In this document: one piece after another, positions 25,296 through 39,840 of the stretch
Layout: each line of letters starts with the position of its first letter
How positions within the stretch are numbered: the stretch's first letter is position 1
Source of the DNA: the human T2T-CHM13v2.0 reference genome, Homo sapiens
NCBI RefSeq assembly: GCF_009914755.1
Contig: NC_060930.1
DNA length: 64,000 bases
Reading direction: 5' to 3' (one strand)
Program-made: the position numbers and the translations under genes
The notes under the pieces: model-generated
The model's input: the letters and a program-made list of their open reading frames with translations, nothing else
The model's database searches: none
What the model was told of the DNA's origin: nothing

Positions 25296-26071
25296 AAGCA
25301 GGTAAAATAGCTTTTCTCCCTCTCTCCCTCTCCCCATCCCTGGCTTTCTTGCTGCTTCCCTTCTCTGTGAAGGCAGACAATTAAGTGACTGTGGGAAGGA
25401 AGGGGCTTTGATGTGCTGGGACACCAAGGGAGACTTTCTCAATCTGGCTTTCTCAGAGAGGCCCTTTCTTTCCTGAGGGTATCACCCTGCAGAATATAAA
25501 ATTCCTCATAGTGAATTAATCATTTCCCATCTACAGAGGCTACTTTTCAAAGTAAATATCCCAATCATCTCTCACTCCTGGGTACAGTCCTAAGCTCTGC
25601 TCAGCCACATCTGCTTCTAGCATCCCATGTGTCAGAACGCCCACGTTCCGGGGCAGAAACTCCACCGTGCAATCACAGAGCAAGGCTGCTTCTAAGACCT
25701 TCATGTCTCCGCTGCTTCATAATGGGGAAGAGATGTGCCTGAATGTTTCAAATTAAGACGGGGTGTGGGAACCTAGTCCTAAAATGAAATGACGGGAACC
25801 TCAAAGCTGGGGTCATTGCAAAGTATACTGTTCATGTTTTCCATCTGAGTCCAAGACTGAGCTTGGCATTCTGCGGAGAGTAGTCCAGTTTCATTAATGG
25901 GGTCAGGACCACTCCCACTCCTGGAGCCCCTTCTCAGCTGGGTGAGTGCCCACACCTGCCAGCAGCCCTCCCCGTCTGTCAGCTGTCCCCAACTCCAGAG
26001 GTCCTGAAGGTGACAAGAACAGATTCATTCCCCAGGACTGTATCAGTGAAACTCGGCCAGGGCCTTGTGCT

Positions 26072-26495
26072 TTTTTTTTTTTTTAAACATTTATTATGGA
26101 AAATTCTAAGCACATGCAAAAGAAAACCTCCAGATTCCCACAGTCAGCTTCAACAATTATCCACGCATGGCCAACCTTGTTTCAATTTTACCCCCACCTT
26201 CTGCCCCCTGCTCAGTACCATTCTGAAGAAAATTCCAGGCCTCATATAAGTTCAGTCATACAGGTTTCAGATTATATATCTAAAAGACGAGGACTTGTAA
26301 ATATAAAGACCCAAATCCATTGTCACATGTCAACAATATTAACAATGATTCCTGATCATCATCCCATATCCAGTCATGGCTCACATTTCCAAATGTCTCA
26401 TCAGTGTCTATTAATGATCCTGTTTGTTTGTTTGAATCATGGATCCAAGAAAGATTCACGCGTTGCATTTAGTCAATATGTTTCTGATAACCTGT
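26072..26495 (-). mobile_element. Old L1 (L1MC4/5 or L1ME4-like) 3' end
   Basis: 'tttattatggaaaatt', 'cagcttcaacaattatc..catggccaa', 'ttgaatcatggatccaa...cgttgcatttag'. Confidence 0.7.
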
Positions 26496-27959
26496 AGCTA
26501 CACTGGGTGTTAAATAAGCTGAATCTGGTCCTTGGGAGAGGGGGTGGCAGGTAGTGTGTTCTGGAGAGGTGGACCTCATCACAGCAGAGGGCCCTGAAGT
26601 GGGTCTTCAGGAAATGTTTGCAGGAGGTTGTTCTCAGAGAAAAGTGTTAAGATGGAGGATGGAGTGGGGGGTTGGGGGAAGTTTAGGTGGGATATTTACT
26701 TTCTAGCATTTAACATTTTTGTAGTGAGACTATATTTGTACATTATGTATGAAATTTAAAAGTGAGTTTAAAAATAAAGAAGAGAATAAAATGAAGACAG
26801 TGCCTCAACCAGGTTGGCAGGTTCTGGAGATGTGGCTTGGAGAAAGAGATGTACATGCAAGACACAACAAGAACAAGTAAGGCCCTGAGCAGAGAAGGTC
26901 AGGAGTTCCCTCCATCCTTTGTCTCTTCCTTGGGCTAGACGGACAGCAGAGAGGAGGACCTGGGCATTCTTTGGTCCTTGGGCATGAGCTCCACCCTCCT
27001 TCTTTTGCTAGACCTGTGGACATACCATTTTCTGTACATAGATTTCAACCCTCCACCTTACCCTGCTGTGATTTTTAGGATCCTGTCCCCCATGGCTCAT
27101 GAGATATTGGATGGAATTGCAAGAATCAGATAGAGATGAAAAACTACTAGCTCTGATGAAAAATGCAGGACCGGCAGCCACAAGGGCTTTTTAAATTAAA
27201 AAAAAAAAAAAAAACGCTTGGAAAGGTCAAACTCCCCATGAGCCTCAAGCACAGTCCTAGCTGCCATCCCCCACCCTGCTGGAGAGAGCAGGGCAGGACC
27301 CCTGACCAGGCCTGAAGATGGGGATCCCAGGAGAGGCAGAGGTGCGCTTGCCCTTACTTCCTTCTCCCAAATGAACCCGTTAAACAGAGGTCGCCATTCT
27401 CTGGGGAGGAGAGGGGAGGGATGGAGCGAAGCTGCAAGACTCCTCCCCAGCTTTTCCCCGGAGGAGTGTAGTGGAAATTTCATTCCCTCTTAGAAAACCT
27501 AAGGACGTAGGAATAATGCTGCCTCTGGCTTAGCCTCTGTGCTTCATTTAACGAACTGGAAATGTCTTTCGCTCTCCTGTGACTGAAAAGAGAAACAGTC
27601 TTTTAAATACCTCATCCCAACCACCATGCCACACCACCATATGGTTCTCTAGGGCTGACTAGGAGGGGTCTGTGTTCAGACTCTGCCCTCAGGGCCTGGG
27701 GATTTAGTGAGGAGAAACAGCATAGACTTTAAGGTGAGTGACTGAATGTATTTGGCTGCTGTGTGTCGTTAAGATAATATCCTAATGATGTAACCAGGAG
27801 ACCAGCAGAAAGCCCCTGGTTTAGATGTTCTCTTTGGATTCAAAAGCTTCATTTCTAAGGCAAGTTGTCTCCAAATGGAAGATCCAGTACTGTTCTGTTG
27901 CATGTGGACAATGAAACACTAAATCTACAGCTGTGGAGATACAGATCCCATTGTACACA

Positions 27960-28310
27960 ATTTTTTAAATAGACTCTATTTTTTAAAGCAGTTTTAGGTT
28001 CACAACTTGAGGGGAGAGCACAGAGATTTCCCATGCACCCCCGTCCCCCTCTCAGCCTCCCCGACCATCAGCATCCCCCACCCGTGTGAGACGTTACTTA
28101 CAATGGATGAGCCTGCATTGATGCATCATTATCACTCAGAGCACATGGTTTGCATTAGGGCTCAGTCTTGGAGTTATATTTAATACATTCTATGGTTTGA
28201 GTAAATGTCTAGTGACATTATCCACCACTGTAGTATCACACAGAGCAGTCTCACCACCCTAAAGATAATCCGTGTTCCAACTACTCATCCCTCGCTCCCC
28301 TCAACCCCAT
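27960..28310 (-). mobile_element. L1MC1/2-like 3' end
   Basis: 'aaatagactctattttttaaagcagttttaggttcaca', 'cagagatttcccat', 'gcattgatgcatcattatcac'. Confidence 0.8.
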
Positions 28311-29074
28311 TATCAAAAGACAAAATTACCACAAATATAGTTCAAAGATCGAATTGACTTTTACTTGTGATTCTAGAATCGGGCAACATCGCATTCTGTA
28401 AAGTAGAATGGGTGCTCCAATGAGATGAGCAGGGGCAGTTAGTTGTTTTTGTTTGTTTGTTGTTTTTTTGTGTGTGTTTTTTTGTTTTTGTTTTTGTTTT
28501 GACGGAGTTTCGCTCTTGTTGCCCAGGGTGGAGTACAATGGCGCGATCTAGGCTCACTGCAACCTCCACCTCCGAGGTTCAGGCAACTCTCATGCCTCAG
28601 CCTCCCAAGTAGCTGGGATTACAGGCATCTGCCACTACGCCCAGCTAATTTTTGTATTTTTGGTAGAGACAGGGTTTCACCATGTTGGCCAGGTTGGTCT
28701 CGAACTCCTGACCACAGGTGATCTGCCCACCTCGGCATCCCAAAGTGTTGGGATTACAGGCGTGAGCCACTGTGCCCAGCCTGAGGTGGTTAGCTCTATA
28801 GGCAGAAAAGGGCTGAGGAAATCAGAGATGGGACAAAAAAGCAGATTGGGTGCATCCAAGTTACTTTCTTTGTAGGGTTAAAACAGAGGGGACTTCCTTA
28901 TTACGAGGATTCAGGTTGACTGTAATATCCTGGGTTTTTGGGGAAAACCGACCTGTTTCAAAGTTGAGCTTGATTATGTGGCGCTGAGCACGAGGGACTC
29001 CATTCTGGCTTGGTGTGGTCTGCTGGGGACTGGCTTTGTCCAAACCAACGGCCTCCTGTAAAATGTATTTACCA
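28311..29074 (-). mobile_element. MER31-like ERV1 solo LTR (Alu inserted)
   Basis: 'tcaaaagacaaaattac...attctagaatcgggcaaca', 'taggcagaaaagggctgagg', 'gactccatt'; flanks cccat/cccac. Confidence 0.6.
28443..28781 (-). mobile_element. AluSq/Sp-like with compound T/G tail
   Basis: 'gacggagtttcgctcttgttgcccagg'; full dimer. Confidence 0.95.
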
Positions 29075-31284
29075 CCCACTGGCTTTTCAGATCCTTGAGT
29101 TTTGACTCCTCTTTCCAGGCTCGGGCATCTTTTATGTCTTCCAGACCACTAGGGCTCTAGAGTTTCTATCTTTAGGCCTGGAGAGTTTTCTGAGAATTTC
29201 CATTCCCAAGGTTGCCCCTCACTTAGCCTGCAACAGTATCCCCTTTCTTTGTCTCATTAACTGCCATTGTAAGCTAATTTATTCATGTAAATCAAGGAAT
29301 CAAAAAAAAAAAAAAGAAAAAAAAAACCAAACATACCAACTGAGTCAGGTGAGAGCAGAGAAATAAAAGTGTATGGTAATGTTATGGTAATAGCATTTTG
29401 ATTATTCAAAGAGCATTATTTTTCCCCAAGGCTATGAACAAAGGTTGTTAATTTATATGATGGGTAGTACTCTGTCAGAATATAGTTATTTATTTTAATT
29501 TTATAATGGCAACTTCTAGGGTTAAGTCATCTTAGGGCACAATTACAGAGGAATAACAATTAGTTAATTGAAATATGTGACTAGTATAAAATTACCAGTT
29601 TTAAAATCAGTAAAACATATGACGATCTTTCTTAACTTATACAAATGAAGACTGAAAGGTTGTGTTGTCTTGGCCAATGACCCAGTTGCAAAAGTAGAGG
29701 GTAATTCAACCTCATGCCATTCCCCAGTTCAAGCTGTGATGATGGATGTCCACTACACTTATTTTATGTTGACATAGAGTGGTTAACCTAAGCACAAATG
29801 TTTGATAATAACAGTGTATATAGCAGGCCTGGACATATGAGGCTTGTTCACTGTTTCAGAATTAACTTTTGCAGTGATAAAAGCCAGAGTTGTGGAGAGA
29901 GAAGAAGGAGAAGCAGAAGGAGAAAGAGGAGAAGAAAAGGAAAAATTCTTGGCATAAATTGTTCATCAACAGGCGATTTTCATTAAAACAAGGCTAGGAT
30001 CAACTCTGGAAAGCTTGATAAATCCCTGATAAGGTGCCCAGATGTTCTAATGAACTTTGTTGGGAGTTTTGCCATTTCAAGTTTATGCGTTTTGCCCAAA
30101 GGCCAATGATTGGGATGGCCTCAGCATCTGATACTGATTCTTCAAAAAGCGCCCCCTCCTTGCCCTGGGACATTGAGTGCCTGCTGGAGAGGTTGCAAAT
30201 TGGATCAGCCTAACAGAAACTGCAGTCAGGCCTGGAAGCAATATTCAGGCTCACTTTTCCAGGAATAGTGTTCCAAGAAAGAAAGGATTCTTGGGATCTT
30301 TTCACTGCCTGACAGTGATGAGTATGTTTTTCCGGACAGAGTGCAGGCTGCCTTCTAAGACCCCCAAAACATTTTCAAGTCTGCTTCTTGAAGGCCTGAA
30401 CACAGAAGATTCACTCAAAAACCAATTTATCCACAGTTCTTTGGTTGATCTCAAGCAGTCTCTCTCCTGGAGGAACTTACTGTCCTATAGAGACATGTGC
30501 CAACTGTCGAAGACCGTGACGTGGCCAAAGCACAATAAGACTGTTATCTTTCTAAGGCTCCGAGAGCCTCAGCCTAAAGCTCCCATGTGGGGCTTGATGG
30601 CTGCTAACACCCAGGACTCTGTTCCCCTGTCTTGCACGTGCATGGGCTACTAGATCTACTGAATTCATTTCACCAAAGAAAGATTCGTCATCAGTTGTTC
30701 ATCCTAATCTGATTGCTTAAATTTTGTAAAATTTACAACAAGGAAGAAGGAAATGGACTTGGAGAACATAACCAGATATCAGTTGCCTGAGCTACAAAAT
30801 GATTTTTTAAAAAGTTGGTTCTCATTTGGAATCTGGTTCAAAATATAAGACCAAAGATATTCTATTGTCCTACAAAAGGGCGTCAAGGCTCATACATGAA
30901 TTTGGAGATATTTTACTTCAAATAAAAGTATGTTCTGTCTTAAAAAAAAAACAAACTGATCAGCCTTCACTTGAAGTTAACTACAAAAAAAGGAATATAT
31001 AAATAGCAGGATTGGCTGGTCTAGCCCACTGTTCTGAATGCCATATTGCTGTTGCATTCATTTCATACAGTAATAGGCTGTTAGATCTGAAAGGAAGCTT
31101 AGCCCCAGAATGGCAAATCACTTTCATTAAAAAAGCCAATAACAGTGGGTTGGTGGTGGCTGCCTGGAGCCCAGAATTGAGAAGGATTCTGGGTTCACGT
31201 CGGAGCCCAAGGACGTGATCAATGGAAGATGTCTGTCATGGACGTGGACTTGGGGAGGGAGGGCACGCCTCATAGGTGCCAGCC

Positions 31285-31380
31285 TTCTTTTCTTATGGAT
31301 AAGAAACCGGATGCCCAGAAGCCACTGACATACAATAAACCCAATGTGTGCTCCTGGCAGAGCTTAGAGGACAACCCCGT
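31285..31380 (-). mobile_element. MIR fragment
   Basis: 'ttatggataagaaaccggatgcccagaa...tggcagagc'. Confidence 0.4.
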
Positions 31381-32830
31381 GTTTTCCCCCCACGTAGGGG
31401 AGCACACACCGCAAAGGAGGAGCTGAGTCAACCAGGGGAGCGAACAGCCGGCAGGGAGGACACGCACACGGATCAGCCCCGGCTGCACACACCACACCGT
31501 GCACTGGGGAGCTGGTATGGCCCCAGCCCAGTTTCCTGTCCACTAGAGGCCTTTCCTTGGCGGTGGATGGGGACTGGAGAGCAGGACTTGACCGAGCAGA
31601 GAATGAGGGAGGGATGTGTCCTGGCATATGGGAGAAGAAGTATTCCTTGCACGAGTGGCAGCGATTAGTCACACTTGGTTCTAACCATGCTTCCAAGCCT
31701 GGCTTATCTTTAACACCCAGTCTACCTCAAGACAAACAATATAAAGGAGAGAAAAACACTTTGGGGTCATTTAGAATTACTTGCATCACAGATCCAATGA
31801 CAAAGGCAGCCATCGAGCCGCAGAGCAGGGAGAGGAGGCTGGGTGCCAGGTCCGCAGCTTGGCTGCCAGCTCCTCGCCTTGTGCAAAAAGTGCTTTTGTT
31901 AGACATTCCTTGTCAGGACTTAGAAACTGATGGTTTGTTCCAGAAGTTCTTTATCCTGAGATAGCTCTAAACTAGGTAGCTTGCCCCAAACAGTCAAAAA
32001 AAAAAAAAAAAACACATTAAAAATTGCAGCCTCTGAATTGAGCTGGCAAGAATAGTATATTTGGGAACAATAAAATTTCATTATGCTAATGAAGTAGCAA
32101 AATTTGAGGCCTAGAAGAATAATTTTAAAAAATTTAGCTGGATTCTAATGGAACAGAAGACCAACTGTTTCAGGACAGCAGAGCAAACGCTAACAAGTGT
32201 TCATGGGCGGAAATCACCAGTCTTATAATCTACTTGGTGGAAATGATGTTTCTGAATTCTGTTCTGAAATCTTAACAGAACATGGTTCCTCTGTTTTGGT
32301 GAACTCCTATCCAACGGTGGGGTGTTTCAGGTGTTGACAGCCAGCCATGTTCTGATGTGAGGAATGTTCCCAGCTCCTCTCTGTTCCCTGTGACCTTGGT
32401 TTAGGTTGACATCTTAGTGTGAACACTCTTGCCACCACGTGCCATGTCCAAGCCTGACCGACCCCTGCAGGCCCTGAAGAAATTCTCTCTTATGAAGCCT
32501 TGCCTCATAGTCTCACTCACTGAGGCTCTCTGTCCGTTGTTTGAACATTTGCCATTCCATTTGCCCTGCACTGATTTTTAATGCCACCCACGGCTTGTAC
32601 AAAATAGTGACTTCGGCTACAGACCTGTGGTGCGTGAGCAGGTTTGTCCAAAAGTGCCCCTGGGGGCTCTGACTTTGCGTTGTCTGATAGATAAACTCTC
32701 TGGTACCAGGGGGTTCCCTACTTTTTTCAGTAGAAGAAGCTGCTCCAAACCTTGTTCCCTCAGGACTGGGGATTCCTCCCATTGCAGGAGGGACCACAGA
32801 TTCCCACAGGTGCATAAATTCTCCAGGCTC

Positions 32831-33141
<311 letters not shown>

Positions 33142-34329
33142 TCAACAGGTGTCTCATCCTGTAAAGAGCCGACAGAGCGAACCCAGACTGCCTGGCACCG
33201 AGCAGGCTGTCGATGCCCCCATGGACAGGGCTGCTTTGCTGTGGGGGTCCCTGTGAAGAGCGAGGCCTGCGTCCCCTCCTAGAACAAAGTCCACGCCTCA
33301 GGTCCTGCTGTGCCCTGGGCTGGCACATTGCCCTGTGGGGTGTCCGGAAGCTCAGGGGGTCCTGCGCCTGTTCTTCTTCTGTTGACCCGGGCACAAGTGA
33401 AGTCTCCTGAGAAATCCCGCTCAGGTCATACTGTGCAACTTCCAGACGTCCTCCTGCACCTCTGCAGACGGGGGGTGGAGGCTCACAGAGGGTCTCGCTG
33501 GGCATGAAGATACCCATCCTGTGTGACCACGTCTAATCTCCCCTGGTGGATCAGGGATGGTTTAGCCGGATGGGGCCATGGTAGCTCCTATGACCTGGTG
33601 AGAAAGCTGAGGAAGGGAGACTCGGGGAGATCCTGGGAGATCACAGGGTTACTGTGAAGGTCACAGCGATGAAGAAATGAAGGCTAAGGAAGGGGGCTCG
33701 GATGGCAAACCCACAAAATGAGACCCTGAAGAGTCCTGGTCCAGCCCCCACATGCACTTGAGCAAAGGCACTCACAGTCTCTGAGCCTCACCGATGGCCT
33801 GGAAACTCAGGCTTCTGCCCGCCTGTGATGCGAAGTCCTCCTCTTCTCTGCGTCCGCCGCCAGTCGCCCCTTTTCCTCGGCACCCTCTTCGCTTCGGCAT
33901 CCATGAGCCCTCTCTGGTTTCATCCCGTCCTGCATCCCAGTGACTGTGGCTTTTCCCTTCTCCATCTGCCTCTTCCACCCTCTCCTCCTCTCAGGCCATG
34001 TCCCCTCCTTACTGGCCTGGAACCTCTCACTCTTCAGGGCCAAACATGCCCAGGACAGCTGCCACCTCTGGGCACTGTGGGCCAGCGCAGGGCCTGGGGC
34101 CTCCTTGGCATTTGCTGAATTTAATCGAGAAGAAAACAAAGGTATGTACCAAGCGAGCACCATGGTAAGGCACCACGCACTTCCCAGGGTATCCACAGGT
34201 ACCCTAGGGACAGAGGGGCACAGCTGCAAAGGCGTGAGTGCCTGGAGAGCAAGGAGCTTCCTGCAGAGCAGACTGCATCACAGGCCTCCAACTGCAGAAG
34301 CGGAAGGAGCCCGGGGGCCCAGCTGCGGG

Positions 34330-34678
34330 CTCTGAAACCCATCACTGGCTTCCGCCTGTCCTTGGAGGCTGTGCTTCCTACAGGCAGCCGGGATACTGAG
34401 GCAGTATCCCTCCTGGGAAATGGGGAATTCCTCTGGTAGGCACTGTTGGCTTGAGAGCTATCTGATGGCCCCTCAGAAACATTCTTAGACTATGGAGTGG
34501 TCCGGAGGCCTTCCCCAACCCTCGCCCCCCTCTCTCCTTCACTCGGTCTGACTTGCATCATAGCCTGGTGGCTCCCCCAGTCGTACCTGGCTCTCCCATT
34601 CTTAGGTGTTTCCCCTTATAGTGCTTGCATATTTCACAGGTCTTGGTACCTGCATCTGTGGGGACCTGGACTAACACA
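34330..34678 (+). mobile_element. ERVL solo LTR fragment (LTR33/LTR41/LTR16-like)
   Basis: 3' end 'tttccccttatagtgcttgca...tcttggtacctgcatct...ggacctggactaacaca'. Confidence 0.45.
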
Positions 34679-34962
34679 GTGGGCCCTGCATCTGACCGGT
34701 GTTGGCAGACACAGGGAGGAAGCCTCACATGCTGACCCTCAGGGCTGGACAGGGATCTTGAACCCTGTGACAAGTCAGTAAATGTCTGTTGTTTCCCACT
34801 CCTGGGTAGTAACCACAGGCATGGCCAGTGTCTGTAGAGTGACCGTTAAAAATTCCTTAGACATGCCCAAGGAAAATGTGATAGAAAATAACAAGCACGC
34901 TCTGAGATTAGGGCAGGAAAAGGATTGATACAGAGTTTATTGACACAGAGGTATTCTGCTAA

Positions 34963-35272
<310 letters not shown>

Positions 35273-35674
35273 AAATCTCTGCTTTTTTTAAAGCTGTGAA
35301 GACCCGTCTAATTAGTTAAGATGTATGGCAAGCATGTCACAGACATTTTTTCAGCTAGCTCAAGCCATTCTACTTTATAAAAGCATTCCAGGAGTACCTG
35401 TTAGGAAATTCAGATGATCAAATGGAGACTGTCAAGAATTCTTTCCAGATACTAATGCCCAACATCCACTAGGCACTCTTGGAACCATGACTGATTAGAA
35501 TAATAATTCTAAGTTAAATGGTGAAAATGCTGGGTCTGCAGAGGAACGGGGTTGGATTCCCTCGGCAGGAGCTGACCATTTGTTCAGTGGGGTGTGGAAC
35601 AGTTCATGGAAGTGGGGAGACGGGCACTGATCTAGCCACTTCATAGGTACAATTCTTACAGCAACGTCATGACA

Positions 35675-35790
35675 TATTTATTATGATGCCCACTTTGCAG
35701 ATATGGGTGCAAATGAGGCTCAGGGTGGCTAACTTTCACAGTCAGTCAATAAAATGGAACTCCATGTCTGTTCTGTCTAGTCCTCCCTGC
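35675..35790 (-). mobile_element. MIR fragment
   Basis: 'tattatgatgcccactttgcagatatgg...tgaggctcagggtgg'. Confidence 0.5.
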
Positions 35791-35839
35791 ATTCGTACTT
35801 CCAAGGGCCTGCATTCCTCCCACCAGATGAGAAGATGCT

Positions 35840-35965
35840 AAAAGGCCCTGCAGAGCACAGGCGGAGTCCATGCCCATCCACTTCTCTGTCCTTGGCACCC
35901 AGCCTCTGTCTGGCACAGACAAGATCCCCCGAAATGTTGCTGAGTCGAAGGGAATTGAGGGACAG
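35840..35965 (+). mobile_element. L2 3' terminal fragment
   Basis: 'tctgtccttggcacccagcctctgtctggcacagacaag...aaatgttgctgagt'. Confidence 0.5.
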
Positions 35966-36444
35966 TTTAATGAAGGGCCATCTTTCCAGTGTTTAGAAAC
36001 CATGTTTGCTTATTTGTTTTTGCTTCAGCTTAATTTTCCTTTAAGCCTCCACCTGTGGGTCTCTGTGGTTTTCAAAGTTTAGACTAGTTCAGCAACTACA
36101 GGATTGCCCTGCCCTGGGGTGATCTTACTTCCAAAGAGCAGGCACAGTTACCAAACTCTGTGCCCTGTTCTTTGGTCTAGAAAACCTAGTCGCTCAGCAA
36201 AGCCGGTTGTCAGCCCTCGTGGTCTGAATTATACCCAACTGACCTGAAGGAACCCTGGTAGCCCTAAAAATGGAATTCTCTTGGGTGAGTGGGTCAATAC
36301 CTCTTTTGAGTTGAATTTTCTTCCATTTCTTAGAAACGGCCTTTTGAGAAATGTTTTAAAAGTGTATCTTTTCTTAATACAAAAGAAATACGTTCATTAT
36401 AGGAACATTAGATATGAACATAAGCAAGCAAAAGAGAATTTTAA

Positions 36445-36739
<295 letters not shown>

Positions 36740-37011
36740 TGATTTCTTTTTTTAAACTTACCACAGTTATGACTATATAACACTCATGATTTCATCATCC
36801 AAGACTCACTGTTATTTACACCCCAGCACGTACCTGTCCAGCCCCTTTATACATTTGTCCCAAGTGCCCCGTAATGTTTCAGTGGTCCCTGGGTGCTGAC
36901 ATTGCTCTCCATGCACGCTGATGCTGGAGGTGGACATTTATGATTTTAAGATATTCAGAGCAGATATTGGTAAATATCTGTTTTACTACCTGTCAGAACA
37001 TAGAGTGATAA

Positions 37012-37326
<315 letters not shown>

Positions 37327-37900
37327 TAAGTTAAAATTATGTTGTGAACATCTTTCTACATTCACCAGTTATCATTGTAGCGGCAGGATGGAACTTCCCG
37401 TTCTGCAGGAGGTCACTTACTCACCAAGTCCTCTGTTCCTGGATATTTATGGTTGATGCTTTTCCCCACTCTTTTAAATTACAAACGATGCTTTCAGGAA
37501 AACCATTTTACTACATCTTTTTGTTTCCCCCCCTAGGATATATTCCTCAAAGTAGAATTTCCAGGTGAAAGGGGATGCAGATTTTTAAAGCTTCAAATAG
37601 TCATACCAAATACAGTTCCGGAAAAGTTGTTCTTACTCACATTCCCACAACATTGATGAGAGAGTCTATGTTCCGACGACAGGCTCTTGCAGCTCCATGT
37701 GTGGGCGTGTATGTATGTACGTAAAATTGCCAACTTGATAAACTATTTTATTTTTGAAAATTTGGAATCCTATTGTTCCCTGTTACTTTTTAAAACACAG
37801 CTGGTTTGCGAGAAAATAAGCCTATCTTCCCCAAGAAATGAATTCCTGGTCTTTGATGTCTCTGGCTGGAAATACCTGTGTTTTAAAATGTGAGTTTTAT

Positions 37901-38418
37901 TGTTATTCGGGTATGTAAGGCCAACAGACCAGGAGAAGACTACCACTGAAGAGGCAGCTTATTACACACGGTTCCAAAGAGGAGGGGCGTGCCGTGTCAT
38001 GGGGGCAATGAAAGCACCAGGCTGGTTGGGAGGTAGAGGAAGGGGAGAAACTGTGGCCAGAGGCTTCTCTGGGGTTTCAGCAGGAAGGAACAGGTAAGGA
38101 GGGATAAGCAGGCTGAGGATCGGCCAGGTGGAATAATTTCAGCAGGCTCTGGCTCATAAGACTGTTCCTTGTTGTCTGGTACATGGACCTGGGTGTATCA
38201 GGGAAGGTGGATGGTGGCCCAGAGCATGAGAGCCCCATGAGGGAGGTGGTCGGGGTGTCTATGAAAGGTGAGCTTGCAGGGAGTTGTTTATCATCTCAAG
38301 GAATTAACTAACTGGCGGTGTGGTGGGGAGGAGTGGGGAGGAGCAGTCTCTCCAGGGTCAGCCTAGACCCTGGATGTGGAAGCACCAAAGTATAGAAAAT
38401 AAAGGCACGGTTCATACG
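37901..38418 (-). mobile_element. ERVL solo LTR (MER68-like)
   Basis: 'gtaaggccaacagaccaggagaagactaccactgaa', 'gaataatttcagcaggctctgg', 'agaaaataaaggcacggttcatac'. Confidence 0.6.
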
Positions 38419-39257
38419 GCATGCAGCTGGCTCACGGATGGTGTGCCTGAGTGTGCAAAACGATCTCGTGTCAAGTGAGGTGGCTCAGGCTGCTGTCCTT
38501 GTCGCTGCAAGCCCTGCTTGGAGAATGAAAGCTCACTTGTTGTCAGGGTCCTCCATGCATCCCAGCACCCCTGGGTGGGACCAAGGGCATGCTCCACCTT
38601 CTATCACGAGGAACAATTAGTATTAACAAGACGGCGCCGCGGAATGCACTTCCTAAATTGTGGACAGTGTTAGCAAATTCCTAAAAGCACCCAACACCTC
38701 TTCAAGGAGGAAGGTGAAGCCTTGTTGTTTAGAGTTCACTTTTTCTTTGTAACATATTCTATTTCCGAGATCTTTCTTATACATTTTATTTAGCCAAGGC
38801 TGTTTGCCAAGGAGTTTGCATCCACCCCACTGCTATTTGAGGCCATGCTTGCTGTGAGTTTCTCCGATTCCTCTCCCTGCTTCACCCACTCCTTCTGAAA
38901 AACACAGCTAATTGATGGTCAATTTGGCCACAGAAGCCTAGTATTGGAATTGTTGGAATACAGGAGGATTTGTGGACTAGATTTTTTTTTCTTCTTCAAG
39001 AATGACAAGCTAACCCCAAATTATGGCAAGAATTCTTCAGGTTCAATAATTAAAAGCAAAAGGCAGTCCCCACGGAGAAAAAACAGTGTGGTCTGGAAGA
39101 TATCTTTCAAATTGAAGCAGACTGTGTAACTCCCAAATATTATGGATACAAATTAGCTATATTTGATCACTGGATCTTATTTACCCTAATTGTCTTCATT
39201 TCTGTGGTTTCCTCATACATTGTGTTTACAGCACACTTGGTTTCCCAGCTCAGTGTC

Positions 39258-39535
39258 GGAGTCTGGGCTGCAGGGATGGTGAGATCGAGCTTCAGAGTTG
39301 AGAAGAGGGGAGGGTAGACAGAGACAGAAAGGGGAGAGAGAGAGTGTGGGAGTCTGGGCTGCAGGGGTGGTGAGAGAGATCGAGCTTCAGAGTTGAGGAG
39401 AGGGGAGGGTAGACAGGGAGAGGAAGGGGAGAGAGAGAGAGTCGGAGTCTGGGCTGCAGGGGTGGTGAGATCCAGCTTCAGAGTTGAGGAGAGGGGAGGG
39501 TAGACAGAGAGAGGAAGGGGAGAGAGAGAGACAGA
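39258..39535. repeat. Minisatellite, 3 copies of a ~91-95 bp unit
   Basis: Unit 'ggagtctgggctgcaggg..ggtgagat..agcttcagagttgag.agaggggagggtagacag' starts at 39258, 39349 and 39444. Confidence 0.92.
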
Positions 39536-39840
39536 GAGAGGAGAATGGGAGACAGAGAGGGAAGGGAGGGAGGGAAGGGAGAGTATAAGAGAGAAACAGA
39601 GACACAGAGGAAGGGAATGAGAAAGGGAAGACAGAGACATAAGGACAGTGAGACACAGAGAAAGGGAGGGAGAAAGAGAGGGAGCGAGAGAGGGAGAGAG
39701 AGAGGGAGCCAGAGAGAGAGGGAGAGAGGGAGAAAGGAGAGAGAGAGGGAGAGAGAGAGGGAGCAAGGTGGGGGCGAGAGAGGGAGTGAGAGAGAGGGAG
39801 TGAGAGAGGGAGAGGGAGAGAGAGAGGGAGCGAGAGAGAG
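39536..39840. repeat. GA-rich low-complexity polypurine tract
   Basis: Nearly pure A/G with (GA)n and GAGG motifs. Confidence 0.92.

Noticed and set aside
30177-30653. 158-aa ORF
   Set aside because: Starts at GTG, no recognisable domain or exon structure.
35515-35575. tRNA-like A/B-box appearance (tggtgaaaatgc...ggttggattccc)
   Set aside because: No cloverleaf can be drawn; at best a decayed SINE head.
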